Assembly: GCA_028534125.1 (NCBI GenBank)
Contig: CM052830.1
Span: 23,994,001-24,058,000, forward strand
Direction: 5' to 3'
Length of the DNA: 64,000 nucleotides
Source: Lama glama
Taxonomy: Eukaryota
Under the pieces are notes generated by a model, which was not told the DNA's origin, searched no databases, and saw only the letters and a program-made list of their open reading frames with translations. Both the position numbers and the translations under genes were made by a program. Shown here piece after piece: positions 49,045 to 62,354 of the stretch. Numbering within the stretch: position 1 is the stretch's first letter; every line of letters starts with the position of its first letter.

Positions 49045-49520
49045 CGTCCTGAGTCAGTCAGCAGGAAGCAGGAACCAGTGTAGCTTTTTAAACAGAAAGG
49101 GGCTTAATACTGGAATAAAAAAAAGGAAGGGCAGGGGAGCCCCAGACTCTTGCCTGAGCCTGCAGGAAGGCCTCCCTGACACTGCAGAGCTGACCCTCCA
49201 GGGCAGCTACTGCCCGTGGCCCAGCCAGGAAGGCGGGAACCAGGAACGCAGCCCCCCTGCTGCAGCCCAGGGACCCGGAGCCAAGGGACGTGAAGCCATC
49301 ACCACTGCCTTTCTCTGCCCCAGTAGAGCTGGAACTTGGATGCGGAAACACTGCGGCATGTGAGCCAGCCCCACAGAGATCAGCCAAAAGCAGTAGGAAG
49401 GGAGCCTCTGCTTCACTTCTGCCTCCACGTCTCAGCTTGATGGCATCTAATTGGCACAAGTAAATTCACTATCAGGACTCTAGCTGCAAGGGAGTCTGAG
49501 AGACACGGTTTTCATCTTTC
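49045..49520. mobile_element. ERVL-type LTR (LTR33/LTR41-like)
   Basis: gtcagcaggaagcaggaaccagtgtagctttttaaacagaaaggggcttaatactggaat at one end and ctagctgcaagggagtctgagaga at the other. Confidence 0.5.
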
Positions 49521-51263
49521 TGAACTTTGGAGCACAGGGAGGCTCCCTAGAAGGAGGCAAAGAGGGAGGCTGAGGGCCAGTGGCTGTTGCCCAGCTCAGA
49601 TCCCGTATGAAAAGCCCTGCAGAGACAAGCGAGGAGGAGCGAGCGGCACTCAGCCTGACCATTCGTTAAGGATCTGGCGCTCTGCCCGGGCTCGCCTGGG
49701 CGGGGACCCGGGCGGGGACCCACCCACAGAGCTCTGCCTTCACCCGGCGGCTCACAGTGCAGTGCGAGGCCTGAGTGACCCTCCTGAACTGTCCGCTGAG
49801 CACCTGCCGCCCAGAGCAGCATGTGACTAAGTCACACCTCCCTCCCCAGCCCCAGACTCGGGAATCTCGAGAGCCTGGAGCTGTAAATGTGTGGTCCAGC
49901 TCAGAAATGTGCCTCCCCGAATTTGCAGCCTTATTGCTGCAATTGCCGTTGGAATCTCCACTCCGTGAATATGCGTCTGTCCCAGAGTCCTTGCTTCGTT
50001 TTACCTGCGTGCTTTTGCAGCATCTCTGGCGCGGAGATCTGGAAATGTGTTGGCATCTGGTCTAATCGTTTAGTGGAGTGTGTGCGGCGTCCTGGCTGTC
50101 AGCTGGAGCTCCCCAGCCCCTTTAAAACCCAGATCAGCGTGGCTGCAACCACGGACCTTTGTCTCACTGTGTCCGTGGTCTCCGGGCTCCGCTCCCCGGC
50201 CCCTCGCTCCCCACCGCTGTAGATGTGCCCGCGAGGCCCAGCCTCCTCCCCCACCGCGCACACCAGCCGGCCCAAGCAGCGGCGGGACAGGCGTCCTAGC
50301 GTGGTTCGGGGTGCACCACAGGGCCAGCACCCCTGGGCCACATGCGAGTTTTTCTTTCCTTTTTTTTAAACTTAGAAAAATGGTAAAGCAGTACAGAGCC
50401 GCTCCGCGTCCTCAAAGCCCCTCCAACTCCACGTTCCCGCGGGCTCTGCCTCCCCACAAGGCACCCGGCATCTCGCCGTCTTACCTTCTGCTCTGTCTTA
50501 CCCTCCTTTTCCACCATTTTTTGGTCTTCTTTCTATTTTTGTCCTCCTCCCTCATTTCAGGAGCAAGAGGTGAAATTTTTCCGTTTTCACCAGCAGGCCA
50601 GCTCGGTACTTGGGGGTTCAAAGTCTCTCTGTCTAGTCCAGTGGCTTCTCAAGGCAGCTTCTCAAAGACAGTGCCTACTGCACGCGGAACTTCGGTGCCA
50701 GCAGCTCGAGCAGTAAACGGTGCGCCTCCTCATCACGTGATGTGCACATCTACACACGTGTACAAGCGTTTCACACGTAGCGCTGAAGCCCCGGACCACG
50801 TGGTCTCCGTGCAGAGACGCACCAGGCCCGTGCGCTCCTCTCCGGGGCAGCACTGCAGGGGGGGTGCTGAAGTTCAAGCCTGACGAAACTGCCAGACGCC
50901 TTGCCCGCCCCCCCCAGCACCCTTCTCCCTCGTTTTGTTCCTTTTCACGATGGCAGCTCCCAGCCCAGGGCGCCACACAACACACTAGATGCCAGTCAAG
51001 AGTTGTCAGCATGAGAAGCCGGCGGGCCAGCTGAGCCCACTCTGCGCATGTTCCCGGGAAGCCCCGAGGCTGCGTCTCCTGTGGGCCGGGGACCCGCCTC
51101 CCCCGGCTTGCGACTCGTAGTCTCTCCTGGATGACTCGGTTGCGATGAGGGTGTTGAATGAGTCGAGCCGATGTGTGTCAACACTGCTCTAAAGAAAGGT
51201 GTCAGGGCACCCCGTGCCCACACGCAGCACCCAGCGCCCCTGGCCTCAGAGGCGCGTGGATGC

Positions 51264-51470
51264 CAGGGTCTCCCAACCTCGGCAACGCTGGTGCTTGAGC
51301 AGATGGTTTGGGCTGGTTCTGTGTGTTTTAGGGTATTTAGAAGCATTCCTGGCCTCTCTGCACTCCGTGCCACAGCTCCCCCCACCCCCAACCAGGGGCA
51401 ACCGGAAATACCTCCAGACGGGTCAGACATCCCCTGGGAAGCAGCACCGGCCCCGAGCTGAGAACCAGTG
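51264..51470 (-). mobile_element. MER20 hAT-Charlie element, near full length
   Basis: Termini cagggtctcccaacctcggca... and ...ctgagaaccagtg, with internal agcattcctggcctct and ctccagac...cccctggg matching the MER20 reverse complement. Confidence 0.85.
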
Positions 51471-54400
51471 CTCTGTGTGCACAGACACACACGCTGTGCA
51501 CCCCGGAACGTATATACACTCGCAAACAATCCAATGTTTATACGTCCTTATTTGACATTGGCATCTGGCATAAACTTTTCATTCAATCAGCATATGCACA
51601 GAACAGAAATGTGACATATTTTCTCCCTTTTCTCTTAAAAATTAATGCCATCTGTGGTAACAGTGGCATTTGTGGTAAACAAATAAGTGCGGTCGTCCCA
51701 TAGCTTTCTGTAAAGTCGGCGTTCACCGTAACCAGCAGTGAGACGGCCTCTGGCACCTCGGTTTACTTTTCATGCTCCTTCCAACCACGACTCCCGACCC
51801 CCTGCGCTCTGAGACCCCAGATGGACAGATCCAGGGCCCAATACATTCTACATGGCGTCGTCTCTCTGCCGCCACGACACCCGGGATCCCACTGCAAACC
51901 GAGTCCCAGGGGACAGAAGACACGCTGAGGCCCAGTAAGTCCCCAGTTATGCAGGATTGCTTCCAGATCGGCCCAGACACAGCCTGCTCACCAGGAGAGG
52001 TTAGGCCCTGGTGAGACACAAACACTTCCTACAGCTGAGGGGAGTGAGGCCCACAGCGCTTGCAGCTTCTCCGGACTCTGCAGCCGTCAGTGGCAGGACT
52101 GGGACTGCAAGCTGGGTGCCCTGACTCCAGAGGGCCCTTGCTGGTCCCCTGCACGAGCCCTGGAAGGCCTCAGCAGCTGGGGCTGTCCCTGCTGCCACGA
52201 CGGGATGCGTGCACCTCCCTCGCCCCGATGCATTCCGTCCAAGGTGCCCTGACCCCGAGAAAGATCAGGAGTGCGAAGTGCAAAGAGAGAAGACAGATTC
52301 AAAGTAGATTTTTGATACTTACTGACAAGTCCTCGAAAGCCAAGGCGTCTGATTGGCAGGAACTGTTTTTTTAAGTCCTCAATGCCTAACTTTTAGCATC
52401 AGCAGCGAAACTCTGAAGGAATCGGGCATGAAGTGTAGACTGGGCAAGGGTAGATGGAAGCCAGATCCCCTGCTGTGGATCAGCAGGCGGGGGGGGGGCG
52501 GAGGTGGGAGCAGGAGAGGGCACTGCTGATGCCCAAGGCTGGGGAAGCAGCCGCGTGCCTGAGGCCTCTCGAGGGTCAAGTCTCAGCGGGGGGGAAGTCA
52601 CAAGGCCTTGGAGAGGCTCACCCGTCCCGAGGAGAAGTGCGGGCATACGGTCCCCAGAGCCCTGCTCCACCCAGCCCGCTGCAGAGCAGGACGGGCGTTC
52701 CCACGCCTGTGAAGAGAACAGGGGCTACCCGAGGGGCACAGCCTCCCAGGGGACTCCCGCCGACAGGAGAGCATGTCCTGTGGGGTCAGAGGAGGACGCA
52801 GTTATGTCACAGCTCATGACAACAAGGGAGGGGGCAGCTGCCAAAGCCCAGACCGGACGGCAGATCCCAGCAGACACCAGTGTGGACAGAGGCTGCCAAG
52901 GTGCCTTAGTGGAGCAAGCATGCAGGGACGGATGCCAGTGGGGAGGGAGAACGTGTCCAGCAAACATCCAGAGGTGGGATCTGACGGGACCAGCCCACGT
53001 CACCTGCGCGGGACCCCTGCCCCGATCCTTGTGGCCGGAGGGGAGCTCTTTCTGCCTGGACGAGGCCGGGGCTGGACGCTCCGCTCGGAAAGCTGAGGCT
53101 GAGTCTCAACGAGGCCTCGTAGCCCAGAGTGGGGAAGGGCAGGACCCTGCATAAAACTGGGGCTGCTACTAGAGAGGGGAATGAATTCATGGGGAGATGG
53201 ACAAGTGCCCGTGAGAGAAGGTGTCTGAAAGGGTCTCAGAGGGGATGCAGACATCGTGTTCGCTTGGCAAGCCTGCCTTCTCGTGGTCCTCGGGCCCACG
53301 TGATCCCTAGCCATCAGGGCAGTGTCTCTGTGTCTCACTGTAACTCGGAGGAAGTGGAGAAAAATAGCCACCTGTCAGGTTGGCCCATCTGAGAAGTTAC
53401 TGCCCTTGGAGGGCTGGCTTCTCCCGCAGGGTGAGCCAACCGGAGGGGCCGTGCCCTGGATGAGGGGTTGGGGCCAGCCTGCCGGGCCTTTGCCTGGACC
53501 GCGGGCCTGCTTCGGTCAGTGCTGAAGCTGCCGTGCTCCGGTCTTTGGGAAGCCAGCTCCGTGACTCCGGGAGGAAAGGAAAAAGGCAGTGGGGTGGGGC
53601 CCTCACCCCTCTCCTGAGATTGCGTGGCTCACTGCTCACGCAGCCAGTGTCCTCGTCGCTGAGGCTCAAGCAGATGAGCAAAGCTGCCCAAGGACCCGCC
53701 ACTGGTGCCAGAACCAGGATCTGAAGCCATAGCTACGCAGTTCTCTTTCCACAGCCACTACTGCCTGGGTCTGGCCCCTGAATCTCAACCCCGCGCAGTT
53801 TTATGGGACACGTGGAGGCGCCCCTCACCACACAGCAGACATGCACGGATGAGGAAGTGGAAGCTCTGACGGGCTCCGCACGTCACACGACGGAGGAGCC
53901 GAGCCGGGTGGTCCCAGGAGAACCCAGAGTTTCTGGCTCATAGTCCGGCGCTCCCGGCCCTGAGTCCTAAGTGGGCTGACCAGCCAGGGCACCAGGTGAA
54001 AGCAGACTGGAGGCCACGAGCCAGGTGCTGGCATTTTTGCTCCCCCATCACAGTGCCTGGGCCCCAGGCCTACACATGGATGTCTGCGCGAGCATCCTCC
54101 TGGAAGGGCGGCCCGGGTCCACACCCTCACCGCCCGAAGCGTGGTCGTCGGTCAGCACCCTGAGCAGCAGCTGGGCCCTTGAAGGAACACAGCATCTCAG
54201 GTCCTTCCCAGAACCAGAGTCTCCACTTCGACAAGGTGCTTATTTAAGTTTGAGAAGAGCTGGTCTATGCGTCTTCCGAGTGCTGGCACTCCTTCCGGCC
54301 TCAGAGGGCTCCCGTCCACAGGCCGTTCCTGCGTTCTGCCGCTGCCATAAATGCCCTCATTGCTGCCCTGATGGGCTCACACACGGGGCTCCCCAGACAC

Positions 54401-55719
54401 ACCGGCCCTCGTGTGCCTGGAGGTGCTTCCGGCTCTGGGTTTCCCAGGAGGTGAGTTAGGGAAGACTCGGTCCTTCCATGTCATCAATAGTCAGGGAGGG
54501 CGGTCCAGAGTTCCTGCCTCTGTCCCTCCCTCGCCTCCGGCACACGACGCCCGCCCGCCTTGCCCCTTAAGTACTGTGTGTGCACACGCCCGCATGTGAG
54601 CCCGTCGGGCTGGAGCTCTGTGTCTCCGGGACCTGGCCTCGGCGAGCTTCGGAAACGCCACCCTCCCGGGTCAGGGGAGGCCACTGAGGTTCTTCTCCTC
54701 CAGGACAATTTCATCGTGTTTTAAATAGATGTCAGCCCCCATTTTCTGATAAATGGTCAAATACGGGTTTCTCCTCTATTTCTTCCTTCTCAACTGAGTT
54801 TCTAACAACTGGTGTACGCATGTTACAGAGAATAGCGGGTATGGGTCACAGGAAAGCTTGGTGAAAAATAAGAAGGAAAATAGAAAAGCTCTCGTCTTCT
54901 GTTTAGCACAAAATTCTAACAGGAGGAACAGTGTCTAATTCCTCAGCCGGGGGTGTGCCGCCCCCAGCACGGGCCCCGGGAAGGTGGGCGGAGGTGTGCT
55001 GGCAGTACGCGGTGGGGCGTGGGCTCGCTGGACCGCGGTGCTGTCACCAAAGAAGTAACATTAAAAATAAAACAAGATAAAGTGCCGGGGCCCCCTGGTT
55101 GTTTTCTGTAAATTTTTTGTTGATGGAATTTAACATGCAATACTGCTGACCCAGCTGAAATCTTCAGAACTTGGAGTCTGCGCAGATCCTCATGCGCCAT
55201 ATTTTTGACTTGCAAATGCCTCCAAGAATAGTTGCAGTGTCCTTATTAAGCCTGGCTTGCGATGCAGCCGCGCTCGGCGCCGTCTGCCCGGCACTGTATA
55301 ATTCATGGACTTGCCTTATAAAGTCAGGGAGGGATCGAAACCATGACCGGCGCGTGAACCCACGCTGACACGTCCATTATTTTAAAAGGAACGGAGAGGA
55401 AGCTGAAACCTGACCCCTCGCCCAGCCCCGTCCGTCCCACAGAGATGCCAGGTCCACCTTCCTCTAGCCAGGCCCCAGGTCCATCCGTCCTCAGTGATTC
55501 TGGGGCCGTAGAATCAGGGACAGAGGCGTGTTCCTGTCTTAGTCCCATCCCACGCCGAGCCTTGACCGGCCACCTCTGGTGACTACAGGGCAGCTCGGGA
55601 GCAGCCTTGGCGGCCGTGGTCCTGGGGGCTGAGCTTCAGGCATTTTCACAGTAAATGGCAAACCCAGTCGTGGTCATCATCACCGTGGTCACCGCATGTG
55701 GGCCCTTCCAGCCTGCAGG

Positions 55720-55880
55720 CACCCCTTTAAGCCACACAGCAAAGTAGGAATTATTACCCCATTTTGTGGAGGAAGAAACTGTGGCCCAGAGGCTGGCCTA
55801 AAGCCACACAGATAATCACAAAACAGGCCTGGGTTCAAGCAGAGGTCTGTCGGGCTCCAAAGCCCGTGTCCTCAGTCAGT
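55720..55880 (-). mobile_element. MIR SINE
   Basis: gtaggaattattaccccattttgtggaggaagaaactgtggcccagagg...gggttcaagcagaggtctgtc...ctccaaagcccgtg. Confidence 0.8.
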
Positions 55881-56535
55881 GGTCCCCAGAGAGGGTGCCT
55901 AAGCCCAGGGCTGGACACTGGTGGGTGGGAAGAAGCAGCATGAGGAGAAAACAGGAAAGTCATTCACATTTTACAGCTTCATCTCAACACCCGTATTTAT
56001 ACATTTTCGCTGTATGCATAACACACGATTACAGTCGAACATACACAGTGAATGAAATTCACGCCTGCTGGTGGCTGTGCGATCTTTTTCTACTCGACAT
56101 TGAGGCAGGGGGTGACGAGTTTAGGGACCCCTGCTCTTGGCTCTTCCCTGTCCTGACCCCTCCCTGCCCAGGGCCTCCAAAACGGAGCTCCAGGCGGCCG
56201 TGCCCCGGCCTCTCCTCAGGACCCTGACTGGGACCCTCCTCCGAGGCCCCTTCAGCGGCACACGCAGCGTCCCCAGCCTGCCCAGCCCGCCTGGCGAATG
56301 GAGAAGCTGATGGAAATGAAGCGGAAGCCACTCGTCATTCACGCCGTGATCTCCGGCCACAGCGCCTCCCGGGCCCCAGCCCCTCTTCTGCTGGCAGGAA
56401 GGGCTTGATTCGCGGGGTCCTACACCCTCCGAGGGGCAGTGCTGAGTTGGGAGCCTGAGGCCCATCCCCAGGAGGAAATATGCCTCCTTGTGCCCCGTTT
56501 CCTAAGCCTGACCCGACTGCAGGCCAGACAGACAC

Positions 56536-56568
56536 CCCCACAGCTGCCCCACAGCTGCCCCACAGCTG
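56536..56568. repeat. 11-bp tandem triplication (CCCCACAGCTG)x3
   Basis: Read directly from the sequence. Confidence 0.95.
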
Positions 56569-59500
56569 CGTCACCTCGACTGGGACACTGCCCCTCCCGG
56601 GTCCCCCGTGTGAGGAGCGGCTGGGGTCCTCCTGTGGACTCTCCAGGGGACCTAAGGAGCTGGCGGCACGGACACCCTGGGAAGGCCAGGAGAAATTCCT
56701 TAGTGCCCTCCTGCCCCCCCCCCAGTCCTGTCACCCTTTACCCAGCCTGGCGGGTGGCGGGCGCTCCCGCTCCTTGAGAGGATACTCACCGAGCCCCTTC
56801 AGTGCTAGGCACCGGGTCCCAAGTCCTTCCCGGAACCAGGGGCTATCCTTACCCTCCTTTTCTTTTTCTAACCTTCAAAATATGTGCTTTAAGACAAGGA
56901 GAAGGAAGCACTCCGGGTGGGCTTCCTGGAGGAGCTGGGGCCTGTGGCCTCTGGTCTCAGCAGAGGTGAAGGCACACTTGTTCTAAGCTTCAGCCCCCCA
57001 TCTGTGAAACAGGGGGAACCACAACTACTCCGTACACAACCGCGCACACGAAGGCTACCAGCAGACTGCCCTGGGACAGAATCGGGGTCTGGGTTCCGGG
57101 CAGGGCTCTGCCACCGTGGTGTGACCCTGGGCAGGTCACGTTTCCTCTCTAAGACTTGGTTTTTTCATCTGTAAAACGGAAATCTTAAGGTGCTGGGTGA
57201 GGCACGTGGGCTGTCTGGGATTCCTGCCTCCTCTGCGGTTGAGCGGCCTGGTTGCAGCTCTCCAAGGTTCCCTCTGGAGTTTGAAGCTCCCTGATTCACT
57301 CAGGTCCTAAGCTGGGGCCTAGCCTGTCCCAGTGTCCCCCCCCCCCGCCACCCGACATGCTAGCCAGGGCCCACACGCAGGGGGAGCAGCGTGTGTGTCC
57401 AGGGTGGGAAAGGACATGCTCCGGGCCGTGTCCCCTTCCCAGATGGACTTTGAGAGAAGCAAGCGGAGGGACAGAGAGCAAAGAGGAAGCAATCTGCCTC
57501 GAGGAAGATGCCAAGACAGAAGTCAAGGTCTCCCAGCCGGCTGATGGCCGGGCCGTCCTGACACCTGCACCTCAGAGCACTTCCTGCCTGGGCTGGGGGC
57601 AGGGCGGGCCAGGGTGTTGGTGGAGACCAGCCCCAGCCAGGACGGGGAGCGCCAACCACACAGCTGGTCACACGGAAGTGTGAGGAGGTCTGTTTCTGAC
57701 CAGGGTTCAGGAGCCAGCGCCAGGTGACAAAAACCAGGCGGGGAGCCGCAAGCCGGCCCTGGGCTCCTGGGCCGGAAAGTACCCCCCCTTCTTTTCCCAC
57801 TTCCTGGGGTGCCTCTCTCAGCGACGCACCCACATCCACGTCCTCGCTCAGGGGCCAGCTGAATCCCACCCTTCCGAGCCAGACAGGGCTCTGCGACTCA
57901 CACTCCTTTAACGGGGCTTTCGGTGGCGGGGGGCTGCCAGGGTTCAGGGCTTGGAGCCTCCTGCCACCCTGGAGGGCTCCTCAGAGGAGGGGGTCTGGGG
58001 AGCTGAGGCAAAACTTCCCAGGTCTCTAGAATGAAGCTCCATTTTGCAGGGAGCTTCCTCCAGCACCCCTCCCGGCCATCCGTTCCAGGGTGACCTCTGT
58101 CCGGAGGAGGGAAAAGGCCACAGAGGCAAGTCGAGGAGGACTGGGCAGGAAGCAGCTGGGTCGGGAGGAAATAGACGGGGCGGGGGCGGGCAGAGGCCCT
58201 TACGGCGTGCACCCCAGCCTGACCCGCCTGTCTCTCTCCCTCCCCTTCCCTTCTCTCCCCCCAACAACAGACATCAGCAGAGCACCTACTACATGCCGCC
58301 TGTCAGAGTCACCGCGTACACGGTGGCGGCCGTGAGGCAGGCGTGGCTGTCTGGAGCTCTAGCTCCACACCCCGCTGCCCGCTCTCCTGCTGGGGCCCAT
58401 GGAGGGGAAGAGCAGGAGGGGTCCCTTGGCCTACGAGCCTGACCACCACCCCTCTACACAGGCACGGCCACTTCCCACCCGGGTAGGAGCTTACTTTACT
58501 CAAGGGCACCCCCTCGGGGCCATGCCTCCTGCCTCGCAGCGCTGGGAGGGCCCTGGCCGGCACGCGGACTCCATCCAGCGGATATCCCTGGGGCTCTACT
58601 GCACACCCAGCACTGTGTCAGCCTGCGGGGGCCAACCTGGGGCGGGGGGGGGGAGGCATGCACACACACACTGCTGATTCACTCCGCTGGCTGGTGTCGG
58701 GGGCTGGGGAGGGCGTGGAGAGGGAAGGCCAGACACCCCTGCCCAAGGATGCCGCAGCCAGACCTGAGGAATGCCCAGCCACCTTTCACGCTGCGGAGGG
58801 CACCAGGCATCGGAGACCCAGGGTGCCTTTACTCACTTCCCACCCCGCCACACCTGCGTGGTGACGTACACCGAGGAGCTGATGGAGCTGATGGTGTGGC
58901 TGCTGGCCTCTGCTTCTGCTCCTTGGCTCCTGAGTAGAGAGTGTGCAAGAGGAGGGTCTGGGGTGCGAGACACTTGTCTGAGCTGCTGAGCTGTCACTAG
59001 CCCACCCTCTGCCCCTGCCAGGCTCCCTCCCACCTCTGGCCTCCTGCCCACCCGCCCCCGCCCCCGCCCACCCGCACTCTCACACCTGCGCCATCTTGGG
59101 CTCCAGTCACTCAGGGACCAAAGGAGTAGAATACTACAGCAGAATTCCAGGACAGCAGGGAAGGAGGGGGAGTGGGGCTCAGGACAGAGCGAGTCCTGCG
59201 GGGCCGCCCCTCACATGGCAGCCCAAGGGCACTGACAGGGCCAACAGTGAGCATCCCAGGCTGGGCCCAGAGAGGTGCAGCACCTCGTCCACGGTCACAC
59301 AGCAGGAAGCTGCTGCCCTTGGTCTGAAGCACAGGTCTCCACTCTCGTCTCTGACTCCAGCCACCCTTCCTGGTGTGGCCCCCCTGCTGGTTTCAGCCCC
59401 CATTGGATGTCCAGGCCCGGTGCTCCTACGGCTCAGAGAGAGCGCCTGCTGCCGGGGGGAGGTGCAGAAGGGAGGAGGGAAAAGCAGACAGCGCCAGCTG

Positions 59501-59799
59501 ATTCAAATTTCTAAATGTCATGTTATTCCAGGCGCAGCCTCGCTCTGCCACCACCTTCATCCACCCCCGCTTGCCATCTTGAGGACCTGCTGCCGAGCAG
59601 CTGGCAGGGGGAGGGCCATGAGACCAGGGTCTCGGGGCTGGGTTTCTGCCCTGCCCCCTGAATGAGTGGTGGGCTATGTGCTGTGCCAGGAGCCAGGAGA
59701 CCTGGGTCCTAGCCTTGGCTCTGGACTGGTGGCTGTGGGTCACTGAGCCTGTCTGGACGTCCTCCACACACCTCCCTGTTAGCTGGGGACGGGTGTGAC

Positions 59800-59960
59800 T
59801 CCCGAGACTGGCTGCATATCAGTAACCTCAAAACAAAGCAAACAGAGTCTCAGGCTGCACTGCAAGAGATTCTGATTCAGTGAGACGGAGTCTGGGTACC
59901 TGTGACTTGAAAGCCTTCCCCGAGCCCCACTTAACTTCACGCTGCAACCAGCCTGCCGAT
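59800..59960. mobile_element. MER5B-like remnant
   Basis: ctggctgcatatcagtaacct...agagattctgattcagt. Confidence 0.55.
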
Positions 59961-62140
59961 GGGTATTCGGCTACGTGGTTTCATTCAGGTTCTAATTCTT
60001 CGTCAGCACTCACTCACCTCCTCCAGAGGGCCCTCCTTGATTTACGCACCCCTTCTGCCCCCTCTAGTCCTCATCACTCCGGGCACTGCCCTCCGCTCTG
60101 CTTCCGAAAGGCATTCGGTCATTCACGCGTGTGTGCGCATGTGTTTCCTATGTGAGTTCAGCCAAGTCAGCCTCCCACACAGCACAGAGGAAGGGGCTCA
60201 GCGCCGGGGCCAGCCAGCCTCAAGTTCAAAGCTCTCCTCTGCTGCCTAAGATTGGGTGACCCTGGGGAAGTGGTTTAGCCTCTCCAAGCTTCAACGTCCA
60301 CCTCCCTGAGATGAGCCTAAAAACACAGGTGGGGGGGCGGGGGGGCGGACCTGAGACAGGACAACCAGGTTAATGGCAGAATGCTCCCAGAGGGCCCCCG
60401 ACTCTCTAGGAAGCCTGCCACCCGTGTGTGCCTGCAGGACTGACCACACAGGGGTCCTCTGCGCAGAACAGGGTCACTCGGAGTCCCCGCAGGAAACAGA
60501 ATCCCCCCAGATAGCTCAACTGAAGAGATACGAGTTGGGACGCTGACAGGGGAGGGCAGGCTAGGGAGGGGAGGGCAGGCTAGGGAGTCTGAGAGGCGGT
60601 GAGGCGCCTGGAGACCGGTGATGACAGCACCCCAAAAGCTAAAGAGGTGGGGGCCGGGGCATTGCCAGTGCCCGGTAGGAGCTGGGCTCGTAGTAGAGGG
60701 GCCACCCCACAAGGACAGCAGGCCAGAGGGAAGCAGCCATTCCTGGGGCCCCAGCTTCCCGGCGGGCAGAAGCAGAGACACAGTCCTCCCACCCTCCCTC
60801 CTCGTTCCAGTACCTTCTACGGGCCAAGCCCAGGCAGCAGCTAGGGGCATCAGCAGCCCCCAGAGGCCCCCTCCTGGAACGCAGGCCACAGGAAGCGGAG
60901 TTTTGCAGGCAAGCAGGGGGACAGGGGGACAGAGAGAGGCAGCTTGGCCTTCACCCAGCTCCTCCACGCCCACCGACCTTCTCGGCTCCGCAGGTTGGGG
61001 GAGGTGGAGGACGCCGGACGCAGCCGTCAGGAGACCTGGGTTTCAGCCCAGCTCGGCCACAAACACCCAGGGTCACATCAGCAAGTCACCTCTCCTCTCC
61101 AGGCCTCGGTCTCCTCCTCTGTAAGCCCTCGGGCTACACCAGCTGTCCCCGGCTGCCGTGGCCCGTCCTGACCTGAGCTCTCCCTCCCTGCCTGTCCCAG
61201 AAGGGAGGGAGGCTCACTGGGCAGGGGCTGGGGCGGGAGAAGCCGGGAGGCTTAGCGAAAGGGAAATGAACTCCGGGCGGCGAAGAGCAGGGGCTGCTGT
61301 TTGCAGTGTGTAACTTACTCTCGGTGTCACACCGTGTGCAGCGAGCGTCAGTGGGGTGGCAGGAAAACCAAGATCTATTACTTAGAGTTTAATCTGCCCT
61401 CCGTGTCGGGGAAGGGAAGGGGCGGGCTCGGGGGGAAGACTACGACGTTAATCACAGGCCCAGCCTGAGGTGTCAAGCTGCTCTGGGTGTGCTAGCAAAG
61501 CGTCGCCGTGTCCCGGGCCTCCCAGACAGGCCGCGCACCGCAGCTTCATCTGCTGAGCCGTAAATTAGCACAGCGACTTCACGCTCTTCAGGTAAAACCA
61601 GCAATTTAGCTGAAAGGTTACGCGCACACACGCACGCCGACCGTGGCGGGGGAGCTCAGGAGAGGGGCTGCTCCCTTGAGCAAAGGAAAGCAGAGCACGT
61701 GCCAAGAGGGGTGAACTGACACATGGCTGCACCGCCCGGCATGCGCGCGTGGGCCCCTGGTGCCCGCCCGACGCCGGCCCACTTACTTGCTACCTGCCTC
61801 GGTGCCCCCCCGCCCCCTCCTCGCCACGAACCGTAAATTACACGCTGACACCTTTAATCTGTGCAGAAGATGCCTGGCTGCGCCTGCCACCAGCAGCCGG
61901 CCGCTGTAATAAGGTCAGTCTGTATTCATTGTCCCACACTTGACGTGCCAGATAGCACGGGAGGCGCCTGCGGTGGCTTCTCTGCGCCGGGGGTGGGGGC
62001 GCCCGCTGCCGCTCAGCGCAGCCTGGCATCAGATGGTTCATCATGGATGCATGTTATGATTTAGCTAATCACCATCAGTTACTCATCCTGTTGCTGCCTG
62101 GAGACGGCCGCTGCCTCAGCCAGAGAGGGGGTACCCGCCC

Positions 62141-62157
62141 ACCAGCACCACGGAGAG
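62141..62157 (+). promoter_or_regulatory. Candidate RE1/NRSE (REST-binding) site
   Basis: ACCAGCACCACGGAGAG fits the degenerate RE1 pattern NTYAGMRCCNNRGMSAG at every position except the second. Confidence 0.4.
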
Positions 62158-62354
62158 ACCACCCAGGGGTCCGATTGTCCTTTCCGGGCAGTGGCCCCTG
62201 GCGGTGGGTGTGTGTCTCCAGATCGCAGAGCCCCCAGCCTGGAGAAGGAGGAGCTGAGGGGAGCGCCCTTCGGGGAGGGGCACTAATGTAACGTCTCTGC
62301 ATCCGGGGGCCCCACCAGCACCGGCATCTCAGTGACATGCCACGCAGCATGAGG

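Noticed and set aside
62030-62076. Hairpin (gatggt...accatc) as a possible pre-miRNA
   Set aside because: The stem is short and interrupted by a large asymmetric bulge, and I recognise no mature miRNA.
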